The notes under the pieces are model-generated. The model had not been told where the DNA came from. It saw only the letters and a list, made by a program, of their open reading frames with translations, and searched no databases. A stretch of 64,000 nt of DNA from Podarcis bocagei. Lineage: Eukaryota. This document shows, in pieces, positions 1-11,698 of the stretch. Position numbers and translations under genes: made by a program. Position 1 is the first letter of the stretch. Each line of letters begins with the position of its first letter. The stretch lies in the NCBI GenBank assembly GCA_964188305.1, contig OZ076895.1. One strand, 5' to 3'.

Positions 1-99
1 CTTCTTCCATGGTGTGTGCGTGCACGCGCACGCCATTTTGTGGTTTGCCGCAGGTGTTTTGGGCTGGTCCTGAATGAAGACATCATGTGAGCTGATCCT

Positions 100-158
100 G
101 AATCAAGGTCTTCCCAATCCAATTCTAACACACTAATCACTACTCTATGCTGGCTCTC
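100..158 (-). mobile_element. 5' head fragment of an old tRNA-derived SINE (Squam3/MIR-like)
   Basis: Minus strand reads GAGAGCCAGCATAGAGTAGTGATTAGTGTGTTAGAATTGGATTGGGAAGACCTTGATTC, with degenerate Pol III A and B boxes; family assignment from recall. Confidence 0.45.
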
Positions 159-2534
159 CATTCTCTCTCCATAGAAACCCAACAACAGGAGAAAACAGAA
201 ATGATCTGGGATTCAGTTTACCCCTTAGGACATATGGCACCACACTCTACTTGTCTAAAAATTAATTCACAGTAGAGATCATAAATATTCTTAAGCATTT
301 CATTATGCATTTATGACATTTTCAACAGTTGTTGCTACTTAATTTAAATAGCACACTAGTGAGAATCATCAAGGGACAATAAAAATATTGGGAGGCTGTT
401 GAATTAATAGTAACACGTTTTCTTTTCTATCTCTGTGCATTAAAAAGCATGTCCTGTAACATATGGTACAGTGATAATATTGTCAATAAATGTTTAAAGT
501 CACTGTTGCACCTGGGTTTTCCATCAAAGATTTGAGCAAAGCCTTCCAAAAACTTTCAGAGCAGAAATTTGAGTGATATTTCCAAGTGACAAAGGAAAAA
601 TGACCCGGTTTGCTCTTTTGGATCATATTGCATTTGCAGATATCAACCCATGAAGCTTTTCACTATCAATAACTATTGCTTTTGCAATAATTTGCTGTAG
701 AACCTGTTGGTAACCCCAAACAAGAATGAAAGAGCCATCAATACTGACCCCCAAAGACTCTGAAAAACATGTTTACAAAGCAAACAACATTTCAAGCTAG
801 CATTATGATGGCACCATGATTTGACCTTCAAAATTTATGGCTGTTTTTATCTGAGCTTTGCACAACCTAGATGTATAAAGCTAGGTAATCCAATTGTATA
901 TGTGGCAGAAACAAATGTCAGCTACAAAATAAACAACCAGGGTTATTATCTTAAAAGATGTAGTTGGGACAATTATAGCTGTTTGGCAAGGAAAAAAATT
1001 ATATATACAGAAAGCTGTTAGAAATTTTGTTTATGCATGGATTAAAGACACCTATGTTGAAATTGCTGGAGTGAAAGCCAGGTGGTTTAAACATTCAATT
1101 AACAAGATATAATTGTATATTGGATGTAGGTGCACAAAGAAAATGCAAAGGCTGGCACCTGAGCTGTAGAAATGGCCAGTGCAGTTTTAACAGACCTATT
1201 TAGATTGTCTCCTTTATGGTACACAATGAAGAAGCATTGTTCCATAGAAGTATGTAATTACTGCAGCAGTAGCAGCTGCTCAGCAAACCTCCAGATATTG
1301 TGTTGCCTCTGGATCAGAGCCAAACCAGCTTCGATTGGGCCTGAAATAACAGCCAAAAACTAGAGTATGTGAAGCACCAAATAACTTAAACCACAGGTGG
1401 CCCTTCCCTAATCCCTGGATATTTCGCTGTACCAACAACATACCCTAGTTTGACTCACTCACTTTTTATCCTACTGTTCTAAGAAATAAAAGTTGTAAAA
1501 ATGAAGCTTGTTGAAAGAAGGAATAAATTTATAGAACATTGTTTTGATCAACTGCCAAAGTTTAATTGAAACTATATTTGTCTTTTTTCATGTGTGCTCC
1601 TGATTAAAAGATATAATGTAAAAGGGAAAGCTGTATTAATATCACACATAAAGTACATTGAGAATGGCTTTGCTGCTACTTCTTATTCTTAAAAAAAGCA
1701 ACAGCAGCATTGCTCTTTGGTTTCTGTCACGTATTTTCACGCTATCTTGAAGGAAGAACATGTTCCTCGAGTAAAGGAAATATACCCCACATTGCCACTG
1801 TATTAATGAAATGGATGCATAAAAAGAACAAACAAGTAGGTACTAAATATTCCATTTTTTGTTCACACATGTATTTTATATCTGATTTTCTTCTACCAGT
1901 CGTTATCTTCAGAATAAAAACTTTTAATCAATATACAGAAGTGTTCCCACCTTCTTTGCATGGGACCTAAGTACCTCTGAAGTATATTGTTTACTAGAGG
2001 AAAGGAACCTGGAGAGGGGTGTAGCCACGATTGGAGCAAGATGGGATGGAGAAGGAGAGGTTGGGGAATGGAAAGTATTAACGGGGACGTTGAGGGGATG
2101 GGGGTCAGGACACAGGAACCAGAGGAGCAGAACCCATCACCAGAACGGCTCTCGTCTGCACAGGCGTATTATTAATTTGCACACTTTTTTATTTATCTAA
2201 TAAGGTGCTGTTCTAACTCCCCCCTCCTCCCCACCAAAAAGAGAGCCATCATGATTTCTCAATCACATTTTAATGTTACTTTGTTCACAGCAGAAATGTG
2301 ATTTCCCCCAAAATGTAAGCACGGGGGGGGGGGGGTGTTATACCATGTTGCAGCCAACCATAATTGAAAGAGTAACATGGCAACAATCCCTTAGGTCAGT
2401 CATAATTAGGTTATCCTTCGATGTAAATACGTTCTTTTTCCAGCAATGCTGTATAAGCTGAACAAGTGCTTCATCTTTCTTGTAGCACTTTTTAAGGTTT
2501 AAAACATTTTTCCTTTACAATAGTCTCAATTCTT

Positions 2535-2535
<1 letters not shown>

Positions 2536-2591
<56 letters not shown>
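2536..2591. repeat. (CT)n microsatellite
   Basis: Perfect CT dinucleotide run. Confidence 0.97.
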
Positions 2592-2593
<2 letters not shown>

Positions 2594-2682
2594 AACCCGC
2601 AGCACCTTCGGAAGGGCTCTGTAAAAACCTAATCTCTAGCCTCTTTGAGAGTATACACATTAGATTACATTATTTATGTCTA

Positions 2683-3553
2683 CAGTGGTACCCCGCAAGA
2701 CGAACGCCTCGCAAGACGGAAAACCCGCTAGACGAAAGGGTTTTCCGTTTTGGAGGCGCTTCGCAAAACGAATTTCCCTATGGGCTTGCCTCGCAAGACG
2801 ACAGCCCATAGGGAAATCTCCGGGACAGCGGGGACCTCCTCCCGGCGCGCGGCATCGGAACGAAGCTCCGATGCCGGGCGGGGGGGAACGCCTCCTCCCG
2901 GCGCGCGGCATCGGAACGAAGCTCCGATGCCGGGCGGGGGGGAACGCCTCCTCCCGGCGCGCGGCATCGGAACGAAGCTCCGATGCCGGGCGGGGGGGGG
3001 AACGCCTCCTCCCGGCGCGCGGCATCGGAACGAAGCTCCGATGCCGGGCGGGGGGGGAACGCCTCCTCCCGGCGCGCGGCATCGGAACGAAGCTCCGATG
3101 CCGGGCGGGGGGGGGGGACGCCTCCTCCCGGCGCGCGGCATCGGAACGAAGCTCCGATGCCGGGCGGGGGGGGGACGCCTCCTCCCGGCGCGCGGCATTG
3201 GATGGCTTTCCTGAAGACTTGGGGTGGGAGGAGGGTTTTCCTTCCCACCGCCAACATTCAGAATGCTGTTCTGAATGTTGGCGGCGGGGAGGAAAAACCC
3301 TCCTCCCACGCAAGCCCCGGGAACAGAGGGAAAGCGCTGCGCGCCTTCCCCTCTGTTCCCGTACCTGTCCTGAAGGCTTGCGGTGCGGAGAAAAGCCCTT
3401 CTCCGCACCGCCAGCCTGGCAAGCGGTTTCCCTAGGAACGCATTAATTGATTTTCAATGCATTCCTATGGGAAACCGTGCTTCGCAAGACGAAAATCTCG
3501 CAAGAAGAAAAAACTTGCGGAACCAATTAATTTCGTCTTGCGAGGCACCACTG
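2683..3553. mobile_element. Non-autonomous Tc1/mariner (Tigger/pogo-like) MITE, family A copy A1, with GC-rich minisatellite interior
   Basis: TA at 2681-2682 and 3554-3555. TIRs CAGTGGTACCCCGCAAGACGAA / TTCGTCTTGCGAGGCACCACTG. Repeated subterminal CGCAAGACG motifs. Arms match the element at 46588-47896 in opposite orientation. Confidence 0.9.
2835..3198. repeat. 56-59 bp GC-rich minisatellite, about 6.4 copies, each unit containing a hairpin
   Basis: Unit CCTCCTCCCGGCGCGCGGCATCGGAACGAAGCTCCGATGCCGGGCG(G)nA(A)CG. Stem CGGCATCGGA/TCCGATGCCG. Units differ mainly in G-tract length. Confidence 0.95.
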
Positions 3554-4067
3554 TATAATTTATGGAATATAATTTTTTTTGCAAAATGGAAATAACATTT
3601 TGAGGAGGGTGGAAAAAGAAAATGAGGTGGGGAGACATTAATGAGGATGTAGAAATAGTTAAACCTTCAGCTAAACAGTAGCTGTACCATCTAGAGGAAA
3701 ATAAGTGTTCTTTTTATAATGCATTTTCAACTCAAGCCTACAAATCTCTCTGGCACAGTTCCAAGAATGGATTTTTACTCCAACGAGAAAGACATACAGG
3801 CCTAAAAGATACAATTAATTGTGTCATCACAACAAATATACAGCTTTTCTCTTGTGATGTTGTAGAAATAATTGCATTGTGCGGAATGCCACTTTAATAA
3901 TTGATTGGAGATTTGAGGGAACCTGAGTATTACAAAGAAAGATGATTCTCCCCACATATTGAAAGCCAAATATAATTTCCAAATAACTTTTGACTCACAC
4001 TGCCTTGAGTTTTTCCCCCTTTTATGTTTGAACTCTTTATTAGAAATTGGTGATTAGTAAATTTATA

Positions 4068-4513
4068 GGCCCAGTTCACACATAATGAGAAACCATGGTT
4101 TCTTATTACATGAATGAGCTGTGGTAAGAATCGGAGTAATGCACTCTCCCTCCCCTGTCCCCCTCCTCCTCCTCCTCCTCTTCTTCTTCCTCCACATGCC
4201 AGAGAAGGCGATCAGAAACAGAGGTTTCTGATTTTAATACCCCATGATGCCCTAACCCTGAAAACTTTGGCTTGTTTATACTGTGATTTCAGAACAAGCT
4301 AGAATCTGAAACTAGGATTCGATTCTAGCTTGATCTCATGGTTCAAATAATTCCTAGTTCCACAAATTTGGGTATCACAGGAAGCTGTGGCTTTTAAAAG
4401 ATTTGGAAGCAAAAGGGGAGGAGGCAGAAGGGAGGACCATGAGAATGCCAAGGCTGCAGGAGCTTAGACATACAGCAGCAACCCATGGCTTCTCATTAAG
4501 CCTGAACTGAGCC
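4068..4513. mobile_element. Old palindromic MITE (possibly PIF/Harbinger-type)
   Basis: Left end GGCCCAGTTCACACATAATGAGAAACCATGGTT matches the reverse complement of the right end, GGCTCAGTTCAGGCTTAATGAGAAGCCATGGGTT. Central inverted repeat CAAGCTAGAATC/GATTCTAGCTTG. Confidence 0.6.
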
Positions 4514-5593
4514 GGACACATAAAAATCCTAAGTAATAAATATTATGTATGAGCAACCTACTAGTCAAGTGATTATAGTAACAATGCAGCTGGTATGAGC
4601 AGAATGTTCTGCTGCACAGACTCCAATCTCCAAGCAGTAAGAGACTTGAGTAGTGCCTGCAGAAACCTCAATTTTAGTTTCCCTGTATTGAAGGCCACTG
4701 GGCACTCTGGTGGCTTTGTGATATATGTTTTTATTTACACGGGTACTGGCTAAGCATAAGATGGAAGAGTTCACATCATTAGTACCCCAAGAGAACTTGC
4801 TCCCCCCAATCACAGCTTTGGTTCAGCAGAGAGAGCAAGTCAGCCATTTGTGCCTCCCAGCTCCAAGCAAGACCAGACCCTGGCCAGTTGTTCTCCTACC
4901 CTGGGATGGCGTGGCCCCTCCTGTGCTAGGCATCAGCATACACTTACTGCTTCTGATGCTCTTCCAGGTATTTTCTTAGTGCCTGCTCAAGAGCTTTAAG
5001 AGTTATGGGGCTTGCTTTTAGCTTTTAGAATCTGGTTCTAGAAGTTAGTGGCAGCATTAATCCACTTTTGACACCATGTAGTACGAAGAGAGCTGAGACA
5101 GGACTCACTTGTTCCAGGTGAAACTCCAGGTGAGAGACCAGAAGTAGCTGCCACAAGTGAGAAGAGTGGCTCACAGCCAATGCTCTTGTGGTGAGCCTTT
5201 TCTGTGGAATGCCTTTTCAATGAGTAAGAAGCCAATCCCAAGGAGCTTGGATTCAGCGCCTATCAGCTGACTGGTGCTGGCTTCAAGCTTCACTTTCTGC
5301 CGAAATTTGCTGAACTACAGAGTTGTTAATGAAGTTCCCAGCTTGCTCTCATTCCTGATCAGCTGATTGGCGGCAACAGCAAGCATCCATTTTTAATGCA
5401 CAACTGGGAGTGCATATTAAGTCTCCCAATTGTGCACTGGCAGTCATGTTTCTGCTTGCCCCTCATTTGACATCACATATGATGTAATGTCTGTGGGGCA
5501 GGTGAATGTAGTTTGGGGGAAATGGCTCCACAGGCCAAACTGGGACTCATAATGGACCTAATTATGCCTGCATTCAGATGTCCCCCCCCCCAC

Positions 5594-6495
5594 CCTGTTC
5601 TACTGATAGTGTCAAGTGGAGGAGGACATGTGAACTGCTCATTTGAGCTTTCAGAAGGAGTGCAACCCCATCCAGAACTAGTTGAACCCTGCTATCCAGA
5701 GCAGACTGCCTTCCCTCCCATAGTACCTCCATATTGTCTGGATTAATTTAAAGTTGGTCACTCATATCAAAACTTCCTCTAGATACTACAGTGGTACCTC
5801 GGGTTACAGACACTTCAGGTTACATACGCTCCAGGTTACAGACTCCGCTAACCCAGAAATAGTACCTCGGGTTAAGAACTTTGCTTCAGGATGAGAACAG
5901 AAATCGTGCTCTGTCGGCGTGGCGGCAGCAGGAGGCCCCATTAGCTAAAGTGGTGTTTCAGGTTAAGAACAGTTTCAGGTTAAGAATGGACCTCTGGAAC
6001 GAATTAAGTACTTAACCCGAGGTACCACTGTAGTTCAAGAGTGCTATAGGCCAGCCTCCCTAGGCTTATCAGATCAACATGTGAGGTAGAATTAAGGGTC
6101 ATACACATATAGATGCCAATGCAACCCAAACCTCTGGATAATTTCCCCCAGGGGTCTCATACAACCCACTCTGGGATTAAGAATGACAAAAGGTGGGATA
6201 AGAAAATCCTAAACAGATAGCAAAAAAAGGGGGGTGGGGATATAGAACACTGCCCTGAAGCACCCCATAAGCCAAAGGCTATGAGAAAGAGCAGGTCCTG
6301 CAGTACCATTGACTGAGTCTGTCCTGTCAGAAAGGACTGAAGTCACCACTAAACTGTGCCAATCAAGCCCCACCCAGACAGATATCATGGCTTATGATAT
6401 TAAAAGTTGCTGAGAAGTCCAGGAGAACCAACAGGGTCACACTCCCACTTTACATTCCATGGCATAAGCAATCCTCCAAGACAGCCAAGGCTGTA
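5594..6495 (-). mobile_element. Degenerate L2-clade LINE reverse transcriptase fragment, interrupted by MITE B1
   Basis: Manual minus-strand translation gives, in order, SVTLLVLLDFSATFNIISHD (cf. LLDLSAAFDTIDH), YGVLQGSVL (cf. GVPQGS), MRPLGEIIQRFGLHWHLYVYD (cf. YADD), NPDNMEVL and VLDGVALLLK. Stops and frameshifts are present. Confidence 0.8.
5789..6030. mobile_element. Tc1/mariner MITE family B copy B1 (242 bp)
   Basis: TA-flanked; TIR CAGTGGTACCTCGGGTTA / TAACCCGAGGTACCACTG; near-identical to 8333-8574 and 19195-19425. Confidence 0.92.
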
Positions 6496-7237
6496 CCCAT
6501 CTTATAACCAGGCCAGAAATCATATTGAAAATTAAATAATTAGCTTCTCGCAAAACTACCCAATATTAAGATGTCATTACCCTTATTAAGGAAAAACACA
6601 AATTTATACTGGACAGTATTTTCTCAGAACCATAGGATTATATTTTGCCCTTTTTCAAGGCAATAGGGATTACTTTTTCCCTCAATGAAATATCACTCAC
6701 TTTCAGGATCCATATAGCAAGTCCAATCAACCTGAATTTCACAAGAAAAGAAGAACAAGTATCAAGAGAGCAAGTGATAGGCTCCAAAACAAAGCCGTTT
6801 GTTCACATCCTCAAGTTGCACATAATGAAAAATACCCTAAACAACATGACCAGATGGTGTCCTGACTCCATACATCTCTGACTCTGCCAAAACTCTGGCA
6901 TCCAAAATGGAACAAATGGGAGTGATGTTATTTGCAAAATGCAATGAAAACTGGACACTGAAAAACAAAAATGAAACCTTGGTTTGCTAGGAAGGAGCTG
7001 AACTGCTGGATCACATCCATGATCTATAACAAAATTGCTAGTAATTTAGGACATACATTTAGACGTATATCCAGCAACCTAAGAAAATACATATAATTTA
7101 AGCTTCCAATGATAAAAAAAATCTAAATCACCGTTACATTTTTTACATTCATGGTTTTTAGTTTCTTTTTAAAAAATGAAGGCTATAAGTAATGAATTAC
7201 AGTTTGTTGTTGCTCAAAGCTTATAGTAGTAAGTTAA

Positions 7238-7455
7238 AATAAAAAAATTCCTTCCAGTAGCACCTTAAAGACCAACTAAGTTAGTTCTTGGTATGAGCTT
7301 TCGTGTGCATGCACACTTCTTCAGAAGTGTGTATCTGAAGAAGTGTGCATGCACACGAAAGCTCATACCAAGAACTAACTTAGTTGGTCTTTAAGGTGCT
7401 ACTGGAAGGAATTTTTTTATTTTGACTATGGCAGACCAACACGGCTACCTATCTG
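7238..7455 (+). mobile_element. Penelope-like element (PLE) terminal-repeat remnant with inverted duplication
   Basis: 14-bp TSD TAGTAGTAAGTTAA (7224-7237, 7456-7469). Perfect 90-bp inverted repeat 7236-7325 / 7334-7423 with an 8-nt spacer. CTGAAGAAG...CGAAAGCT...TTAGTTGGTCTTTAAGGTGCTAC resembles reptile PLE ends (recalled). Confidence 0.85.
7331..7368 (+). ncRNA. Minimal type I hammerhead ribozyme motif (PLE-type)
   Basis: GTAT (helix I) - CTGAAGA (core) - A - GTGTG CATG CACAC (helix II) - GAAA - GC - TC - ATAC (helix I partner). Helix III is only the palindrome AGCU. Predicted cleavage after C7364. Confidence 0.72.
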
Positions 7456-8332
7456 TAGTAGTAAGTTAATTACTGAAAAGAGACCTTTAAATATTTCCCA
7501 GTTGAAAATTCTCTTGATTATGCTGCCTCTCTTTATTGAATAATAACAGCAGCCCCAGCCAAGGAAAACTATGTATGTACAAGCAACGGAATTACTGGAA
7601 AACCGCACAAAAGAGCTTTCTGTGTTCTGCACTTTGGGTCCCAATGTGGATTCAAGGCTAAATAAGCATGAAGGTTTCAAAAAGGCTGTTTCCCTGGCGA
7701 CCCTCTAGTCACTCCAAGAACGGCCTTTCATACCACTCACCATGCAAGGCTGTTGGACATGACTATTCTTAAAAAGCACAACACTAATTTGAAGACCTCA
7801 AATTTCACTTGTGACTATTGTCTCATGAGAAATGAGCACTCACTTGTGGCAGAACCAGAATCTCAGTGCCATGTTTTCTAGGTTTTACTGACAACAGGAA
7901 AGTTCATGTGGCCAAGAGCAACAGAAGAACAGATTCCATGAGACAGCTTTAAATGTACACACTACAAAGGATTTTGTTTTGTTACTTATGCTGGAACAAA
8001 CTGTGCCCCCTCTTTGAGAAAGAACTCTGATACATTCTGACATGAAAGAACAAATCACACAAATATGGACGTTCAACCATATCACAACAAGAGGTTGTGT
8101 ATCTATGGAATGATAAACTATGGCGTACCGATATAGGAGTAAGCCAAGGAGAGCATCAGGCTTATGGACTGCCCCTCTTGTCTCCTTCTCCAGCAGAACA
8201 GCAAGAAGCAAATCAGAAGCTTTCACTTCAAGAATTGACTAACCAGAGTTCAGCATGATGTTGAAACCCTAAACTGTGACTAATAATAGCCAGAGGTTGG
8301 CTTGCTTCAGTAAAGCATAGTTAAATCTAATA

Positions 8333-8574
8333 CAGTGGTACCTCGGGTTACATACGCTTCAGGTTACATATGCTTCAGGTTACAGACTCCGCTAACCCAG
8401 AAATATTACCTCGGGTTAAGAACTTTGCTTCAGGATGAGAATAGAAATCGTGCAGCGGCAGTGCAGCGGCAGCAGGAGGCCCCCTTAGCTAAAGTGGTGC
8501 TTCAGGTTAAGAACCGTTTCAGGTTAAGAATGGACCTCCGGAACGAATTTAGTATTTAACCCAAGGTACCACTG
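8333..8574. mobile_element. Tc1/mariner MITE family B copy B2
   Basis: TA-flanked; CAGTGGTACCTCGGGTTA ... TAACCCAAGGTACCACTG. Confidence 0.92.
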
Positions 8575-8869
8575 TAGTAGTTTGTCCAGGCTGAGATATA
8601 AAAGTAAACTGCAATTAGTCAAGTGATCTCCTCTGGAAGGGCAGGGATGAAAATGAGCCCAAACTTCACCTAAGCTTGTTTCCACAATGGCAGTTTCATG
8701 ACATCTGAATAAGGCCTGTTATATTCTGCAAGCCAATGGTTGTTTATGTTAATAAAGACATAATTTAAACAACAGAGAAGTTCTACTGCATTCCATAACA
8801 CAATTTTTCAACAATTTGAAAGAGAGATATTCCACTTTAAAATAAATCATTGAGCAGCAAATAATAAGT

Positions 8870-9264
8870 ATACGATGGTCTCTCCCCAGATGGACCAACA
8901 CAGACCCCAAGTTCATAATCTGAGGCCTTTCTTTGTGTACTTCCTCCACGAGAAGTCTGGAGGGTGGCAACACAAAAACGAGCCTTTTCTGCAGTGGCTC
9001 CTTGTTCATGGAATCCTCTCCCAGGGAGGCCCACCTGGTGCCTTCATTACATAACTTTAGGCACCAGGCAAAACATTTCTCTTCAACCAGGAATTTGGCT
9101 GATTAACATTCTATGGCTTTCAAATGCGTTTGTGGGGTGGGGACAATTGGTTTTTGTTTTATTATGTACTTTGTGTTTTCATTTTGTATTTTCATGCTGT
9201 GAACTGCCTACTGATCTTCGGCTGAAGGGCAGTATGCAAATTTAATAAATAAATAATAATAATA
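8870..9264 (+). mobile_element. L2-type LINE 3' end with (AAT)-rich tail
   Basis: Encodes RAFSAVAPCSWNPLP (cf. the L2 ORF2 C-terminal motif RAFSVAAPxLWNxLP), then a T-rich 3' UTR and a TAAATAAATAATAAT tail. Confidence 0.7.
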
Positions 9265-9388
9265 GTTTAGGTTGCAGTTTCCTAGAGGCACATCTTTTTA
9301 AACATTTATATTCTTCCTTTCAGAGTGATATTCTTCTATATTAAAAATTCAAAGTACAAACTCAACAAACAAAAAGACATTAATAGTA

Positions 9389-9707
9389 CAGTGGTGCCTC
9401 ACAAGACGAAAAGAATCCGTTTTGTGATTCTCTTCGTCTAGTGGTTTTTTCATCTTGTGAAGCAAGCCCATTGACGGATTAGCGCTATTAGCGGCTTTTA
9501 GCAGCTTATCTGCTGATCGGATCAGCTGATAAGCGGCTTAGAAAAAGGGGGGAAAGGGGAAAAAAACAGCAGGAACTCGCAAGACATTATCGTCTTGCGA
9601 AGCAAGCCCATAGGAAATTCGTTTTGCGAAGCACCTCCAAAACGGAAAACTCTTTCGTCTAGCGAGTTTTCCGTCTTGCGAGGCATTCGTCTTGTGGGGC
9701 ACCACTG
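9389..9707. mobile_element. MITE family A copy A2 (short TTAGCGG-type interior)
   Basis: TA-flanked; CAGTGGTGCCTCACAAGACGAA ... TTCGTCTTGTGGGGCACCACTG. Confidence 0.9.
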
Positions 9708-9900
9708 TAATTCGAATATATTATTATTATTAAATATCCAATTCACAACACAAAATGGGCTTGGAAACACGCTGCCAAACACCGCCACTTCTATAGTACT
9801 GGCGTTACATGATCTGGCAGTCTAGACCACATCAGGTGGGTGCATTTTGCACCAGCTGAACTTTCCAAGCTGTCTTTAAAGGCAACACCACATAGACCTA

Positions 9901-10127
9901 CAGTGGAACCTCTGGTAATGTACCGTCCTCCTTGCGAACACTTCAGGTAACGAGCTCCGCTGACCCGGAAGTAGGGCTCCTGGAAGCAAACTTTGCCGGG
10001 GATGCGAGCAGGAGGCACTCACACAGTGGGAGGTCCCATTAGCGAAAGCACGCCTCATGTTAAGAATGCTTTCGGCTTAAGAATGGACCTCCGGAACGGA
10101 TTAAGTTCATAACCGGAGGTACCACTG
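9901..10127. mobile_element. Tc1/mariner MITE, diverged family B relative
   Basis: TA-flanked; CAGTGGAACCTC ... GGAGGTACCACTG; shares GGACCTCCGGAACGGATTAAG with family B. Confidence 0.85.
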
Positions 10128-10296
10128 TAATTACATTAGTCAAGCCTGGACATGGGCAGGGATCACTAAGGCTGGGTCAGACCTCGCCAGTTAGGGTCAC
10201 AGTTGGTGCACCATCTGAAGCTGGTGGAACACATGCCTGGGTATTATTGCCACCTAGGCCACCAGGTTTGAGTAACATTTATTGAAGACAGAAGTA

Positions 10297-10544
10297 AGTC
10301 GTACCTTGGAAGTCAAATGGAATCCGTTCCGGAAGCCAGTTCGAATTCCAAAACGTTCAAAAACCAAGGAGCGGCTTCTGATTCGCTGCAGGAAGTTCCT
10401 GCAGCCAATCTGAAGCCGTGGAAGCCCGTCAGGTGTTTGGGTTCCAAAGAATGTTCGCAAACCAGAACACTCACTTCTGGGTTTGTGGCTTTCAGGAGCC
10501 AAAACATTTGACTCACAAGGCGTTCATCAACCAAGGTATGACTG
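10297..10544. mobile_element. Tc1/mariner MITE family C
   Basis: TA-AGTCGTACCTTGG (first C lost) ... CCAAGGTATGACTG-TA; interior aligns with 43285-43798 in opposite orientation. Confidence 0.8.
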
Positions 10545-11539
10545 TATATGTTTGCAGTCAGAAACATCTTCTCTGCTGTTGTATTGACACAACAGCCATG
10601 CTCAATCTCCAGGGAAACAAATTTCATTACTTAGGTCAGCCTCCTGTCTGCAGATATTTACTGTTGAGCCCACACTTGCTAGATATACCATTAAAGAAAA
10701 CATACAATTACATCATGCACCACTAATCTTTTCCATTATCCCAGACAGGTAGATGGATATAAGCTTCCAATTTAATAAATAACTTTGTAATGTGTCAGTG
10801 TTTTGGCTGCAGTTTTTAGCTTTGTATTCACAGGATTTAGAAAAAAGAAACCACCCAGTATGGCACTTTTCCAGATTTAGTACATGAAAATCACTAGATA
10901 ATCTTCAGTAGAGTACAAAATGAACAATCTCACATTTAAAGATTGATGAATCTTTCAACAGCCTCTCTCACTTATTGACTTATTCATGTACAAATCTGTC
11001 CCTAAACTGCTTGTGCTACAGATAACACTTTACTCTTCTGTACCTATTTACCTTTTATTTTAAAGCTTTCATGGGAGAGCTGCAGGAAACTAAATTGTTT
11101 CTAATTGCAATTTAGACTTGTGAGAGCTTTTTCATCCCCTTAGTAATAAAACAATTTGTACGTAATCTTGGCAAGTGAAGGTACTTATCTCCATATATTT
11201 TCATTCTCTTTTTCTCCAGTTCCCCCTGCCCTCCCCCCGTGCTGTAGACATCTCTGCATGTCAAGATAAAGCCTAGATAGTAATCTAAAGCGAAAGTAGT
11301 GGTGCAAAACTATGCTGGTGCAATTTCACACTGTTGTAGCAACGTGTGCTTGAAGGAACCATGTTGGTCAGGCCAATTTATGCAGTTCCTTTCCATGCTA
11401 AAGTGATTCTTTTCTTCCCCTGGACAGAAGTATATAATTGGTTCTGCCAACCTCACTCCTTCTCGCATATGCTCCTGAAGTCACATGAGATAGACCCACA
11501 GATAACCAGCTTTTTCACCATGAATCAGCCTTTAGAAAG

Positions 11540-11683
11540 CCAAGGTAGTACTGGATTGAGAATGTTGGGGCCTGGCCATGGATTCGAACTGCTGCTCAAC
11601 TATGAATTTCACTGGGAAAAGCCTAGTGGAAGTTACTCTGGCTCAGCCTGTCTTGCTGGGTTGTTTTGAAGGTAAAATGTGAG
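11540..11683 (+). mobile_element. Old tRNA-derived/MIR-like SINE remnant adjoining Sauria SINE S1
   Basis: B-box-like GGATTCGAACT followed by a core-like GGGTTGTTTTGAAGGTAAAATG. Confidence 0.35.
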
Positions 11684-11698
11684 TTCAATGGAGGTATA

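Noticed and set aside
2835-3198. CRISPR-like array of palindromic repeats
   Set aside because: Units are head-to-tail with no unique spacers, there are no cas genes and the context is vertebrate; the same applies to 46993-47377.
2660-3595. Overlapping 150-256 aa ORFs on both strands
   Set aside because: Produced by a stop-poor GC-rich minisatellite inside a MITE; the peptides are repetitive and open in many frames.
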